From an uncultured Acidobacteriota bacterium (lineage in GTDB: Bacteria > Acidobacteriota > Thermoanaerobaculia > Multivoradales > UBA5704), in the NCBI GenBank assembly GCA_963770895.1, contig CAVYRF010000002.1, forward strand, positions 640,001-704,000: a DNA stretch of 64,000 nucleotides. Direction: 5' to 3'. The notes under the pieces are model-generated. The model ran no database searches. It was not told the origin of the DNA and saw nothing but the letters and a program-made list of their open reading frames with translations. Shown one piece after another: positions 48,585-58,679 of this stretch. The position numbers and the translations under genes were made by a program. Numbering within the stretch: the first letter of the stretch is position 1; each line of letters starts with the position of its first letter.

Positions 48585-49762
48585 ACAGCCTGCGCGCTGG
48601 ACCGCTCGCCGGCAAGCCGGCCCGGCTGGCGCTGATCGCCGCCCTGGCCCTGGCGCTGGCGGCGGCCCTGGCGCTGGCGCTGCGGTCGTGGGCCGGCGCC
48701 GGCTCCCGCCTGCAAACGCCGCCGCCCACCGTCGCCGCGCAGATCGACGCGCTGTTCGCCCGCTTCTCGCAAGGGGCCTCGCCGGGCTGCGCCGTGGCGG
48801 TGGTCGAGCGCGGCCGCGTGGCCTACGCCCGCGGCTACGGCTTCGCCAACCTGGAGCGCCGCGTCCCCATCAGCCCGCGCACGGTGTTCGACATCGCCTC
48901 CACCTCGAAGCAGTTCACCGCCGCCTGCGTCCTGCTGCTCGCCCAGCAGCGGCGGCTGTCGCTCGACGACGACGTGCGCCGTTACGTGCCGCAGCTGCCG
49001 GCGCCGCCCGACGGCGCGGTCATCACCCTGCGCCACCTGCTCTACCACACCAGCGGCCTGCCCGATTACATCGAGCTCCTCACCAAGTCGGGCAAACACC
49101 TGCTGGACGTGACCGGCGACGCCGACGCCCTGGCGGTGCTGGCGGCCCATCCCACCCTGGAGTTCCGGCCGGGCTCGAGCTTCCACTACTCCGACTCCGG
49201 CTACTTCCTGCTCTCCCTGGTGGTTGAGCAGGTGACCGGCCAGACCCTGCGCCAGTACGCCGCCGCCAACCTGTTCGCCCCCCTCGGCATGCGCGACACC
49301 GAGTTCCTGGACGACGAAAGCCACGCCTCGCGCGAGCGCGCCGCGGCCTACGCCGTCGACGGCGACGGTGACGGCGGCAGTGGCGCCCGTTTTCGCCGCG
49401 ACGAATCCAACTGGAACCAGACCGGCGACGGCGCCGTCAACACCACCGTCCTGGACCTGGCGAAATGGGACGACAACTTCTACACCGGCGCGGTCGGCGG
49501 CAAGCAGCTGGTCGCCGCCCTGATGACCCCCGGCACCCTCGACAACGGCCATCCCCTCTCCTATGCCGGCGGCCTCACCCTGGACGACTACCGCGGCCAG
49601 CGCCGCGTCCGCCACGCCGGCAGCTGGGTCGGCTACAGCGCCGAGCTGATGCGCCTGCCCGACCGCCGCCTCTCCGTCATCACCCTCTGCAACCTCGGCA
49701 ACGCCAACCCCACCGACCTCTGCCAGCAGATCGCCGACCTCTACCTCGACCCGCCGCGCTAG
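48581..49762 (+). CDS. Serine hydrolase, beta-lactamase class C/AmpC-like family
   Basis: PGCAV, FDIASTSKQF (SxxK), LRHLL.HTSG, YSDSGY and HAGSW.GY; N-terminal signal. Confidence 0.88.
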   Translation: MNSLRAGPLAGKPARLALIAALALALAAALALALRSWAGAGSRLQTPPPTVAAQIDALFARFSQGASPGCAVAVVERGRVAYARGYGFANLERRVPISPRTVFDIASTSKQFTAACVLLLAQQRRLSLDDDVRRYVPQLPAPPDGAVITLRHLLYHTSGLPDYIELLTKSGKHLLDVTGDADALAVLAAHPTLEFRPGSSFHYSDSGYFLLSLVVEQVTGQTLRQYAAANLFAPLGMRDTEFLDDESHASRERAAAYAVDGDGDGGSGARFRRDESNWNQTGDGAVNTTVLDLAKWDDNFYTGAVGGKQLVAALMTPGTLDNGHPLSYAGGLTLDDYRGQRRVRHAGSWVGYSAELMRLPDRRLSVITLCNLGNANPTDLCQQIADLYLDPPR

Positions 49763-49816
49763 ATAGTGGCCGGTTTCGGCCGCGGCGCGTAACCTCCTGC
49801 GGCGGCGCCGGTATTC

Positions 49817-50404
49817 GTGGATATGCTGGCGATCTTGCACGAACCCATGGGCGAGCAACCCGACACCGAGCTGATGCTGCGCGTGCGCGACGGCGACCTG
49901 GTGCAGCTGGGGGTGCTGTTCGAGCGCAATCACGTGGGGCTGTTCAATTTCTTCCTGCGCCTGACCGGGAGCCGGCAGCTGAGCGACGACCTGGTGCAGG
50001 AAGTGTTCATCCGCATCCTCAAGTACCGCAAGACGTTCCGCCCTCCCGGCGAGTTTCGACCCTGGCTGTACAAGCTGGCGCGCAACGCCGCGGCCGCCCA
50101 CTTCCGCAAACACCGGCATGAAGGACCTGCGCCGGCCGAAGTCGAAGAGCGCCAGGCCGACAGCCCGCTGCCGTGGGCGGAGATGGAGCGGGAGCAGAGC
50201 GCGCGGCTGCTGCGCAAGGCCCTGCTGCAGCTGCCGTACGAGCGCCGCGAGGTGCTGCTGCTCAGCCGCTTCGGCGAGCTGCGCTACGACGAGATCGCCG
50301 AGCTGCTGGCGTGCAGCGTCGGCGCGGTGAAGCTGCGCGTGCACCGCGCCGTCAAGAACCTGCGGGAGATTTACGACGAGATGGCCAGGAGGACTTCGCG
50401 ATGA
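49817..50404 (+). CDS. ECF RNA polymerase sigma factor
   Basis: DDLVQEVF, FRPWLYKLARN and YDEIAELL..SVGAVKLRVHRA. Confidence 0.92.
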   Translation: MDMLAILHEPMGEQPDTELMLRVRDGDLVQLGVLFERNHVGLFNFFLRLTGSRQLSDDLVQEVFIRILKYRKTFRPPGEFRPWLYKLARNAAAAHFRKHRHEGPAPAEVEERQADSPLPWAEMEREQSARLLRKALLQLPYERREVLLLSRFGELRYDEIAELLACSVGAVKLRVHRAVKNLREIYDEMARRTSR

Positions 50405-51300
50405 ACTGCAACCAGGCGATCGACCTGATGACGGAATCGCTGACGGCACCGCTGGCAGCGCCGGCCGCGGCGGAGCTGGCGGCCCACGTGGCGACCTGCG
50501 ACGCCTGCCGCGCCGAAGCGGCGGCGCAGCGGCGGACGTGGGACCAGCTGGCACGGCTGCCCGAGGAGCTGCCCGGCGACCAGGCACGCCAGCGCTTCGC
50601 GGCGATGCTCGCGCCGCACCTGGCGCGCCACCCGGCGAGCGCCTCCGGCGGCCGCCCGCGGCGTCTGCTGACCCGGCTGCTGGTGCCGCTGGCGCCGCTC
50701 GAAGAGTGGCTGGCGTGGCGCCTCCCCCGCAGCCCGCTGGCCCAGCTCGCGACGGCAGCCGCCGCGGTGGCGATCGGCATCTGGATCGGCGCCGCCGCGA
50801 CCCGGCCTGCCGGCCATGCCGCCAATGCCGCCAACATCGGCAACGCCGGCAACAGCGCCGGCGCCGCCCCCGGCAGCGAGATCGGCGCGCTGCGCCAGGA
50901 GGTCCACTCCCTGTCGCAGCTCGTCACCCTGTCGCTGCTCAAGCAGGATTCGGCCAGCGAGCGGCTGCGCGGCGTGAGCTTCGGGCGCCAGGCAGGCGGC
51001 GACGACCAACGGGTGCTCGAAGCGCTGCTCGACACGCTCGCCCGCGATCGCGACGTCAACGTGCGGCTGGCGGCGGTGGACGCCCTGGCTCCCACCGTCG
51101 GCCGGCCGATGGTGCGCGACCAGCTGCTGCGGCAGGTGGGGACGCAGAGCTCGCCGATGGTGCAGATCGCCCTCATCGACGTGCTGCTCGCCCACGACCG
51201 CCAGGGCTCGCGCCCGCGCCTGCTCGAGCTGGCCGCGGCGCCCGGGCTCGATCCGCTGGTGCGCGACTACCTGCGCTCACGCCTGCACCCCATCACCTGA
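50401..51300 (+). CDS. Anti-sigma factor (zf-HC2, TM, HEAT repeat)
   Basis: MNC..HVATCDAC (HxxxCxxC), a TM segment, SASERLRGV, DVNVRLAAVDAL and PMVQIALID. Confidence 0.85.
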   Translation: MNCNQAIDLMTESLTAPLAAPAAAELAAHVATCDACRAEAAAQRRTWDQLARLPEELPGDQARQRFAAMLAPHLARHPASASGGRPRRLLTRLLVPLAPLEEWLAWRLPRSPLAQLATAAAAVAIGIWIGAAATRPAGHAANAANIGNAGNSAGAAPGSEIGALRQEVHSLSQLVTLSLLKQDSASERLRGVSFGRQAGGDDQRVLEALLDTLARDRDVNVRLAAVDALAPTVGRPMVRDQLLRQVGTQSSPMVQIALIDVLLAHDRQGSRPRLLELAAAPGLDPLVRDYLRSRLHPIT

Positions 51301-51343
51301 GCGCCCTGAGCGGCCAAGCTCGGACAATCCCAGGAGGAGTCCC

Positions 51344-52315
51344 ATGACGATCCCACGCCCGACCTGCATCCACCCGCGCCCCGGCCCCGGCACCGGCGCC
51401 CGCACCCATAGCCGCACCCCTGTCCGCGGCAGCCTGGCGACCCTGGCCTCGGCGCTCGCCGTCCTGGCCCTGGCGCTCCCCCCGACCCAGGCCGCCGCCA
51501 AGGGTTCGGCTCCGTCGGACTGGGCGCTCAGCAAGGAGAGCACCCTGCACCAGACCTACCCGCTGGCCGCGGCACCGGGCGGCGGCCGATCGATCGAGAT
51601 CGACAACTATTGCGGCACGATCCGCGTCAGCGGGCGTGCCGGCGGCGAGGTGGCGGTCACGGTGCACCAGGTGTTCCGCGCCGATACCGCCGCCAAGCTC
51701 GACCTGGCGCAGCGCGCGGTGACGCTGCAGGCGACGGACGCGGGCGGCCGCCTGCGGCTGGTCGCGGACGGCCCGTTCCGGTCGCCGAACGGCGACGTCC
51801 ATTTCCACGGCTGGCGCGACCTGGGCTACGAAGCGTGCTTCGATTTCACCGTCGAGGCACCGGCGAACGCCGACGTCGTCGCCCACAACGTCCAGGGCGG
51901 CGAGGTGCACCTGACCGCCATCGGCGGCCACTTCGACGCCAACAACGTCAACGGCCCGATCGTCCTCGAGCAGATGGCGGGGATCGGCAGGGCGCGCACC
52001 GTCAACGGCACGCTGCAGGCAAGCTTTGCCAACGTGCCGGCGGCGGCCGCCACCTTCGAGACGGTGAACGGCCGCGTCGACGTGACCTTCCCGCCCGCGC
52101 TCGCCGCCGATCTCAGCTTCAAGACGATCAACGGCGAGGTGTACAGCGATTTCCCCTATACCTATCTCAACCCGCCGCCGGCGGTGGGCGGCGCCGGCCG
52201 CCGTCACATCTACAGCCTGCGCCGCACGATGTCCGTCAAGGTCGCCGGCGGCGGCCCGCAGCTCTCGTTCACCACCGTCAACGGCGACATCCTGATTCAC
52301 CGGGGGAACGCGTGA
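51344..52315 (+). CDS. DUF4097 family beta-strand repeat protein
   Basis: GGAGGAG RBS; signal; repeated TVNG/TING motifs; GGGPQLSFTTVNGDI. Confidence 0.8.
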   Translation: MTIPRPTCIHPRPGPGTGARTHSRTPVRGSLATLASALAVLALALPPTQAAAKGSAPSDWALSKESTLHQTYPLAAAPGGGRSIEIDNYCGTIRVSGRAGGEVAVTVHQVFRADTAAKLDLAQRAVTLQATDAGGRLRLVADGPFRSPNGDVHFHGWRDLGYEACFDFTVEAPANADVVAHNVQGGEVHLTAIGGHFDANNVNGPIVLEQMAGIGRARTVNGTLQASFANVPAAAATFETVNGRVDVTFPPALAADLSFKTINGEVYSDFPYTYLNPPPAVGGAGRRHIYSLRRTMSVKVAGGGPQLSFTTVNGDILIHRGNA

Positions 52316-52356
52316 GCGCCGCAGACCGGGCGCCGGCCGACCACCGTGGAGGACCT

Positions 52357-53175
52357 ATGAAGACAACCTGCTTCGCACTGCTGCTGACCCTGCACGCCGC
52401 CGCCGCAACCCTGGCCGCCGCCCAGACTCCGGGCCAGCGGCTCACCGTACCGTTGAGCGATCCGGCGCAGCCCGCCGTCGTCGAGGTGCACACCGTCCGC
52501 GGCGGCATCTCGGTCGAAGGGTACGGCGGCCGCGACGTGATCGTCGAAAGCTCCGGCGGCGACGTGGACGAGCGCGTCGCCGAAAAGGTGCCGCCCGGCG
52601 CCGCGGGGATGCATCACGTCCCGCGCATGACCGGCCTGACCGCGGACGAAGACCACAACCACGTGCGCATCGAAGTGGAGGGCTGGCGGCGCGGCACGAC
52701 CGACCTGCGGCTGAAGGTGCCGGTCCACAGCTCGCTGCACCTGTCGTGCGTCAACAGCTGCACCATCCAGGTTGCCGGCGTCGAAGGCGAGATGGAGCTG
52801 AGCGACGTCAACGGCTCGATCGCGGCGCACGACGTCGCCGGCTCGGTCGTCGCCCACAGCACCAATGGTGACATCAAGGTGGCGATGACCCGCGTCGACG
52901 CCAGCAAGCCGATGGCGTTCAGCACCTTGAACGGCAACGTGGACGTCACCTTCCCGCCCGGCCTGCAGGCGCTGCTGCGCCTGCACACCGAACGCGGCGA
53001 CATCTACACCGACTTCGAGATCAGCGCGACCGGCAGGCCGGCGTCCGAGCACACCGAAGGCGGCAGGAAGCGCTACGACGCCGGCCACGAGATCCAGGGC
53101 ACGGTCGGCGGCGGCGGCCCCGAGATCCTGTTCAAGACCTTCAACGGCAACATCCTGATCCACCGCGCCCGCTGA
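52357..53175 (+). CDS. DUF4097 family beta-strand repeat protein
   Basis: GGAGGA RBS; signal peptide; VPLSDP, VNGSI, STNGDI, TLNGNVDVTFP and GGGPEI.FKTFNGNI. Confidence 0.82.
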   Translation: MKTTCFALLLTLHAAAATLAAAQTPGQRLTVPLSDPAQPAVVEVHTVRGGISVEGYGGRDVIVESSGGDVDERVAEKVPPGAAGMHHVPRMTGLTADEDHNHVRIEVEGWRRGTTDLRLKVPVHSSLHLSCVNSCTIQVAGVEGEMELSDVNGSIAAHDVAGSVVAHSTNGDIKVAMTRVDASKPMAFSTLNGNVDVTFPPGLQALLRLHTERGDIYTDFEISATGRPASEHTEGGRKRYDAGHEIQGTVGGGGPEILFKTFNGNILIHRAR

Positions 53176-53204
53176 CCGCCGCCAGCTGCGCCGCGGCCGG
53201 TGGA

Positions 53205-53263
53205 CGCGGGCTCGCGGCGGCAGCGTCGATCCTCGATCGTCGATTGCCGCCGCCGCGAACCGC
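53205..53263. terminator. Possible bidirectional hairpin between convergent genes
   Basis: gcggcggca..tgccgccgc stem; no clear U-tract. Confidence 0.3.
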
Positions 53264-53271
53264 TCCCCAGC

Positions 53272-56151
53272 CTAGAACTTCAGCTGCACCGCGAACTGGT
53301 ACTGCCGTCCGGGATCGGCGTTGCTGACGCCGCCGAGCGGCTGGCCGAAGCCCGCCTGCGGCTGGCCGTTGGCGTTGTCGCCGTAGACGCCGTTGTAGCC
53401 GTAGACATTGGCGTGGTTGGTGACGTTGAACACCTCGGCGCGCAGGCCGACGGTGGCGGCGCCGCGCAACTTGAAGTCGCGCTCCAGGAACAGGTCGATG
53501 TCGTACAGGGTGTTGCCGCGGCCGGCATTGCGGCCGATGACGACGCCGTCGATCACCGGCCGGTCGTTGAGCATGCCGTCGCCGTTGTTGTCGGCTCCCG
53601 TCGTGATGTTGTAGGGAACTCCCGAGCCGACGGTGGCGACGCCGCCGGCCGTCAGGTCGAGCGGCAGCCGGTACCAGCCGGACAGCACCGCGCGATGCCG
53701 CTGATCCAGCTGGCTGTCGGCCCACTCGGCGGCCAGGTTGCGGGCGTCGTTGGGGCCGCCGCCGGCGCCGTCCACCTCGACGTTGTTGCGCGAGTGCGAC
53801 CAGGTGTAGCTGAGCAGCATCTCGGCCCGGCCGTCAAACGTCTTGCGCAGGTTGACCTGCAGCGCGTCGTACTTGGCCTCGCCCTCGTTGGTGACCACCA
53901 GGATCTCGCGGTAGCCGCCGTTGACCGGCACGATCGGCCGCGTCGCATCGGCCGCCGACGCCGGGCGCACCTCGCCGGGCTCGGTGCGGACGAAGGTCGA
54001 CGGTGCGTTGAGGTCGAGCGTGTCCAGGGCGTCCGACGTCTTCGAGTGCACGCCGTCCACGCTCAGGAACCAGTGATTGCCGAACTGGCGCTCGACGCCA
54101 AGGGTCGCCTGGTCGGTGTGGGGATTGAGCAGCTGGTTGGGATAGCCCGACAGCGCCCCGATGTCGAAGAACTGGCTGTAGTAGGCGGCCTCTCCCGGAC
54201 GGATGGTGATGTTGCGCGCCGGCACCACCGCTCCGGCCGGGAAGCCGGGCAGCGGCGCGAACGAGGTCGGGAACCCGGTCTGTCCGGGCGCCACGCTGTA
54301 GTTGAAGAAGCCGGTCGGACCGCCGAGCAGCCACTGCGCCGCGGTATCGGCGGGGAGCTCCGAGTAGTAGCGACCCCAGCTGCCGCGCACCGTCGTCTTG
54401 GGGTCGCCGTTCGGATTGTAGGCAAAGCCCAGGCGCGGCGAGATGTTGTCGGTGGCGTCGGTCAGCGTCTGGCGGTCGTAGCGCAGGCCGACGTTGAGCA
54501 CCAGGTCGCGCCGCACGTGGTAGTCGTCCTGGGCGTACAGCGACCACACCTGTTCGCTCACCGTGTAGCTGGCATTGCCGAACCCCTGGGTGAAGCGCTG
54601 CACGTCGGAGAGCGGCAGCTGCGACGTCGGAACCGACGCCGGAATGCCGGGCTCGAAGGTGAACTGGCCGAGGATGAACGGCGAGCCGAACTCCTGGCCG
54701 TTGCCGCCCGAACGGGAGTGCTCCAGGTCGCCGCCCAGCTTGAGGAAGTGATCGCCGAGCGCCAGCGAAAGCGTGTCGGCGCCCTGGATCTGCCGGTTGG
54801 TCAGGTCGGCGTAGCGCGATTCGCCCGCCGTCCCGACCCCTGGCCGCACCAGCTGCGTCGACGGATCGTGCGGTTCGAACTGGGTGATGGGGTCGCCGTT
54901 TTCACCGGTCAGGCGCGCGTCGTTGAAGACCGTCGGCGACAGCACGGCGGTCTCGCCGATCTCGAGCGCCTGGGTGTCGCGCCGGAACGTCCGGCCGGCG
55001 CTCGGCAGGGTGAGGCCGCCCACCACGTCGGAAGGGTTGCTGTCGGTGAAGTCGTCCAGGTCGAAGCGGCCGAACAGGTGGTTCGCCGAGTTGAGATCGT
55101 CGTCCACGCGCGCAAAGACCAGCGACTGCCGGTATTGCCCGGTATAGGTGGTCGGGTCGAGCGGCGAGGTCACCGGGGAGTCGCGGCTCTCGTTGTTGTA
55201 CTCCGCTCCCAACGCCCAGTAGGCGTGGTCCTTGACCAGCGGCCCCGACACGAAGCCGCTCCCCTGCCAGAGGTTGTCGCGCACCGGCGTGCCGGTGACC
55301 GGGTAATCGGCGTCCAGGCCGCCAGGCCGCACCAGGCCGAGGAGGTCGCCGTGGACGTCGTTGGTGCCCTGGCGGGTGACGAGGTTGATGGCCGCCCCGG
55401 CCGACCGCCCGTACTCGGCCGAGAAGCTGTTGGTCAGCACGGTCAGCTCCTGGATGGCGGCGAGCGGCACGGCGGTGAAGATCGTCTGCCTCCCCCAGGC
55501 GTCGTCGGCGGTGCCGCCGTCGATGGTGTAGCTCTGCTGACGCCGGCCGCCGCCGTCGACGACGAACAGCGTCTCGTCCAGAAAGACGTCGCCGGTGGTG
55601 CGCGTCGGGCGTACGGCCGAATCGAGCAGCGGCAGCGCGGTGATCTTGCGTCCGAGCAGCGGCGCCTCCTGGATCTGGGTGGCGTCAAAGCGGTCGCCCA
55701 GCTGCGGTTCGTCCGACCGCACGCCTTCGGCGGTGCCGTAGACGGTGATCGCCGCCTCGACTCCGGCCACCTTGAGCGTCGCGTCGATGGTCGCCGTCTC
55801 CCCCGCCCGCAGCTGGATCGCCGCCCGCTCCTGCGCGGCGAATCCGTCGTGGCTGAAGCGGATCTGCCAGGTGCCGGTGAGCGGCAGCTGCGGCAGCACG
55901 TAGAGGCCGTGCGCATCGCTACGGGCGGTGCGCGTCAGGCCGGTCGCCTGGTTGTGGATCGTCACCTCCGTGCCCGCCAGCGCCGCGCCCGATTCGTCCA
56001 CGACGCGCCCGCGCAGCGAGCCCGTCCCCGGCGTCTGCGCCGCCGCCGCCACCGCCCAAAGCGCCACCAGCAACCAGCAGACCGGCACCGCGGCGCCGCC
56101 CAGCGGACGGCGCACCGCGTCCCAAGCCAATCGCAAACAGATCATCGTCAT
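53272..56151 (-). CDS. TonB-dependent receptor with carboxypeptidase-regulatory-like domain (Oar-like)
   Basis: AAAGGAC RBS; signal; GSLRGRVVDESGA, FSAEYGRS, SLYAQDD, GLRYD and SPRLGFAY; C-terminal GRQYQFAVQLKF. Confidence 0.9.
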   Translation of the reverse strand: MTMICLRLAWDAVRRPLGGAAVPVCWLLVALWAVAAAAQTPGTGSLRGRVVDESGAALAGTEVTIHNQATGLTRTARSDAHGLYVLPQLPLTGTWQIRFSHDGFAAQERAAIQLRAGETATIDATLKVAGVEAAITVYGTAEGVRSDEPQLGDRFDATQIQEAPLLGRKITALPLLDSAVRPTRTTGDVFLDETLFVVDGGGRRQQSYTIDGGTADDAWGRQTIFTAVPLAAIQELTVLTNSFSAEYGRSAGAAINLVTRQGTNDVHGDLLGLVRPGGLDADYPVTGTPVRDNLWQGSGFVSGPLVKDHAYWALGAEYNNESRDSPVTSPLDPTTYTGQYRQSLVFARVDDDLNSANHLFGRFDLDDFTDSNPSDVVGGLTLPSAGRTFRRDTQALEIGETAVLSPTVFNDARLTGENGDPITQFEPHDPSTQLVRPGVGTAGESRYADLTNRQIQGADTLSLALGDHFLKLGGDLEHSRSGGNGQEFGSPFILGQFTFEPGIPASVPTSQLPLSDVQRFTQGFGNASYTVSEQVWSLYAQDDYHVRRDLVLNVGLRYDRQTLTDATDNISPRLGFAYNPNGDPKTTVRGSWGRYYSELPADTAAQWLLGGPTGFFNYSVAPGQTGFPTSFAPLPGFPAGAVVPARNITIRPGEAAYYSQFFDIGALSGYPNQLLNPHTDQATLGVERQFGNHWFLSVDGVHSKTSDALDTLDLNAPSTFVRTEPGEVRPASAADATRPIVPVNGGYREILVVTNEGEAKYDALQVNLRKTFDGRAEMLLSYTWSHSRNNVEVDGAGGGPNDARNLAAEWADSQLDQRHRAVLSGWYRLPLDLTAGGVATVGSGVPYNITTGADNNGDGMLNDRPVIDGVVIGRNAGRGNTLYDIDLFLERDFKLRGAATVGLRAEVFNVTNHANVYGYNGVYGDNANGQPQAGFGQPLGGVSNADPGRQYQFAVQLKF

Positions 56152-56286
56152 GTCCTTTCCGCGGCGCCGTGACCGCGCGCACCAGCGCGCCGGCCGGCGG
56201 GCCGCACCCTGTGGAATACCGGGAGGAGGAAGCCCGCGGCGCGGCGAGCTCCACCGAATAGGGGTGGCGACGGCGGAAGGGATCGA

Positions 56287-56937
56287 TCAAATACGCAACG
56301 GCAGGGGCGCACAACGGCGCTCGCCGCCGGCCGCCGCCATGGTCAGGCGGTGGGCGGCGGGCCGCGGCGCGCCGGCAGACTGCAGCACCGAACGCGGACG
56401 CTCGGCGCGAGGCGAAGGCGGCACCAGCGAGGCGGCGACCGGCAGGCCGCGCGCCCACCGCGGCGGCGGCGCGCCCGAAGCCCACCCGCAGGGCTCTTCG
56501 GCCGGATCGCCGTCGCCCGCCACGGCGCTCCACAGCTCGCCGCTGCGACGCCGCATCGACCAGGCGCGGGAGGCGCCGTCGGCGGCGATGCGGAAGGGCG
56601 GGCTGACCCCGGCGATCACTTCGTGGCCGTCGCGATCCATGCGCACCGCCAGGCGCGCATCGCGGCTGGGCAGGGGCGGCACGCACCAGCTGTAGGAACC
56701 GTGGTCGGCGTCCAGCTCGGGGGTGACCCGCACCGGGAAATGGCGGCCGCCGTCGAGCGACAGCAGCAGCTCCATTTCATCGACACCGGCCGGGACGCCG
56801 CTCCATCGCACCTGCACCACCCGGCCGGGCTGCAGGGCTGGCCCGCCGGAGAACGGCTGGAACACCACGGGACCTGCGACCGCCGGCACGCCGGCCACCA
56901 ACGCCGACGCCAACGCGAGAAGGAGCGCCTTGGACAC
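56287..56937 (-). CDS. Hypothetical secreted protein (Ig-like domain, disordered tail ending PLRI)
   Basis: Signal-like N-terminus from GTG 56937; EMELLLSLDGG..FPVRVTPELD..Y.W.VP.LPS..ARL. Confidence 0.6.
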   Translation of the reverse strand: MSKALLLALASALVAGVPAVAGPVVFQPFSGGPALQPGRVVQVRWSGVPAGVDEMELLLSLDGGRHFPVRVTPELDADHGSYSWCVPPLPSRDARLAVRMDRDGHEVIAGVSPPFRIAADGASRAWSMRRRSGELWSAVAGDGDPAEEPCGWASGAPPPRWARGLPVAASLVPPSPRAERPRSVLQSAGAPRPAAHRLTMAAAGGERRCAPLPLRI

Positions 56938-57183
56938 GATGACTGCGAGCCTAGAGAAGCAGCGCTCCTGAGTCAACGCCGGAGCGGGGCGCCGCGGGCA
57001 CGGCGAGGAGGACTCCCTGTCATACTCTGTAGGCCTATTTGCGCTCAAGTCCTTCTTTGTGCGACACTGAAACAGTCCGTCCGGTCGTACTAACTGGCGA
57101 CCATGGCACTTGCTGGCATTTTGGATCATGACGGCAGCCGTGGGCTGCGGAATTGCCGTCACTTTGGATGTGGCTTCTATTGT

Positions 57184-58677
57184 ATGCAGGCAGCCCCCAT
57201 GCGCGGTCTCTTGATCGGCAGCCATCCTCTGGCGGTAACCGCCTTGCTGCGCGGCGATCCCTTTGCCGCGTGCAGCCTGACCGCTTGCGAGGACATCGAC
57301 GCGGCGCTCGGCGTCATCGCGGCTCGCGGCGAACCGGATTTCGCCCTGTTCTACGTCAGCGGCGACGCACCGGCCAGCCTGAACGACCTTCAGCTCCTGT
57401 CAGCGGCACAACCGCACCTGCCCGTGCTGGCGTTGGGCGGCGCCGACATCGACCTGGCGACGGCGGCCTTCCATGCCGGTGCCGAAGACTACGTGGTCTG
57501 CGACTCGATGTTGCAGGCAATCCTGGTGCAGGCGATCCAGCGCGCCGTCCTGCGCCGGCGCAGCTCGGGACGCCTGCACCGGAAACGCTCTCGCGATCGC
57601 GAGCGGCGTCTGGCGGCGCTGGTGCGGCGCGCCACCCGCGACTGGCAGGTCGCCTTCGACGTGATCGAGACGCCGGTGGCCATCGTCGATGCCAATGGCC
57701 AGGTCCGCCGCATCAACCGCAGCGCCGAGCTGCTCGCCGGGCACAAGCCCCTCTATTCGCTGCACGACCTGGGAGCGCGCGATCCGTGGCGCACCGCCGC
57801 CGAGATCGTCGGCCTGCTCCACCGGTCGGTGAGGTCCGTTTCGCGGCAGACGACCGACGAAACGGGGCGCTCGTGGCAGGTGAAGGCCTCCCTCATCGAG
57901 CGCTCGGGAGCGCAGGGCGACGAGATCTTCGTCATGCTGCTCGACGTCAGCCAGGTGGTGGCGCTGGAAGCGTCGCTGCGCGGCAGCAAGGCCATGGCGG
58001 CGATGGGTGCCCTGGTGGCCGGCGTGGCCCACGGCGTGCGCAACCCTCTGTTCGGGATCTCGGCGACGGTCGATGCCTTCGACGCCCACCTGGGCCGGCG
58101 GCCCGAGCACGTCAAGTACATCGCCGCCCTGCGTCATGAAGTGCAGGCGCTCAACAAGCTGATGCGCAATCTGCTCGACTACGGCCGGCCGCGGCGCTCG
58201 ATTCCCACCCCCGGCGTGCTCAGCGAGCCGATGCGCGATGCCGTGCACTCGCTGCAACCGCTTGCCCAACAGCGCCAGGTGCGCTTCGCCTATCGCGGCT
58301 CACCCTCCCAGCTGACCATCCCGATGGACCGCGGCCGCATCACCGAGCTGCTGCAAAACCTGCTGGAGAACGCCGTCCTGCATTCGCCTCCCGGGTCGGT
58401 GGTGACGCTCGACGCGCGCACCGGCGGCGATGACGACGGCCGCTGGGTGGAATGCTCGGTGCTCGACAGCGGTCCCGGCTTCTACTTCGACGACCTGCCG
58501 CATGTTTTCGATCCCTTTTTCAGCCGGCGCGCCGGGGGCACCGGCCTGGGTCTGTCGATTGCGCAGCGCATCGCCGAAGAGCATCGCGGCAAGATCCTGG
58601 CGACCAACCGAGCGCACGGCGGGGCGCGCGTCACCGTTCGCTTTCCGGCCGAGTGGCGGCAGGGCGAGAGAGACTGA
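57184..58677 (+). CDS. Sensor histidine kinase with degenerate receiver and PAS domain
   Basis: AFHAGAEDYV (receiver C-half), PAS-like PVAIVD..G, AHGVRNPL, NLLENA, DSGPG, FDPFFS and GTGLGLSI. Confidence 0.87.
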   Translation: MQAAPMRGLLIGSHPLAVTALLRGDPFAACSLTACEDIDAALGVIAARGEPDFALFYVSGDAPASLNDLQLLSAAQPHLPVLALGGADIDLATAAFHAGAEDYVVCDSMLQAILVQAIQRAVLRRRSSGRLHRKRSRDRERRLAALVRRATRDWQVAFDVIETPVAIVDANGQVRRINRSAELLAGHKPLYSLHDLGARDPWRTAAEIVGLLHRSVRSVSRQTTDETGRSWQVKASLIERSGAQGDEIFVMLLDVSQVVALEASLRGSKAMAAMGALVAGVAHGVRNPLFGISATVDAFDAHLGRRPEHVKYIAALRHEVQALNKLMRNLLDYGRPRRSIPTPGVLSEPMRDAVHSLQPLAQQRQVRFAYRGSPSQLTIPMDRGRITELLQNLLENAVLHSPPGSVVTLDARTGGDDDGRWVECSVLDSGPGFYFDDLPHVFDPFFSRRAGGTGLGLSIAQRIAEEHRGKILATNRAHGGARVTVRFPAEWRQGERD

Positions 58678-58679
58678 CC

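Noticed and set aside
57104-57118. TGGCAC-containing candidate sigma54 promoter upstream of the kinase
   Set aside because: GG-to-GC spacing is 9, not the required 10.
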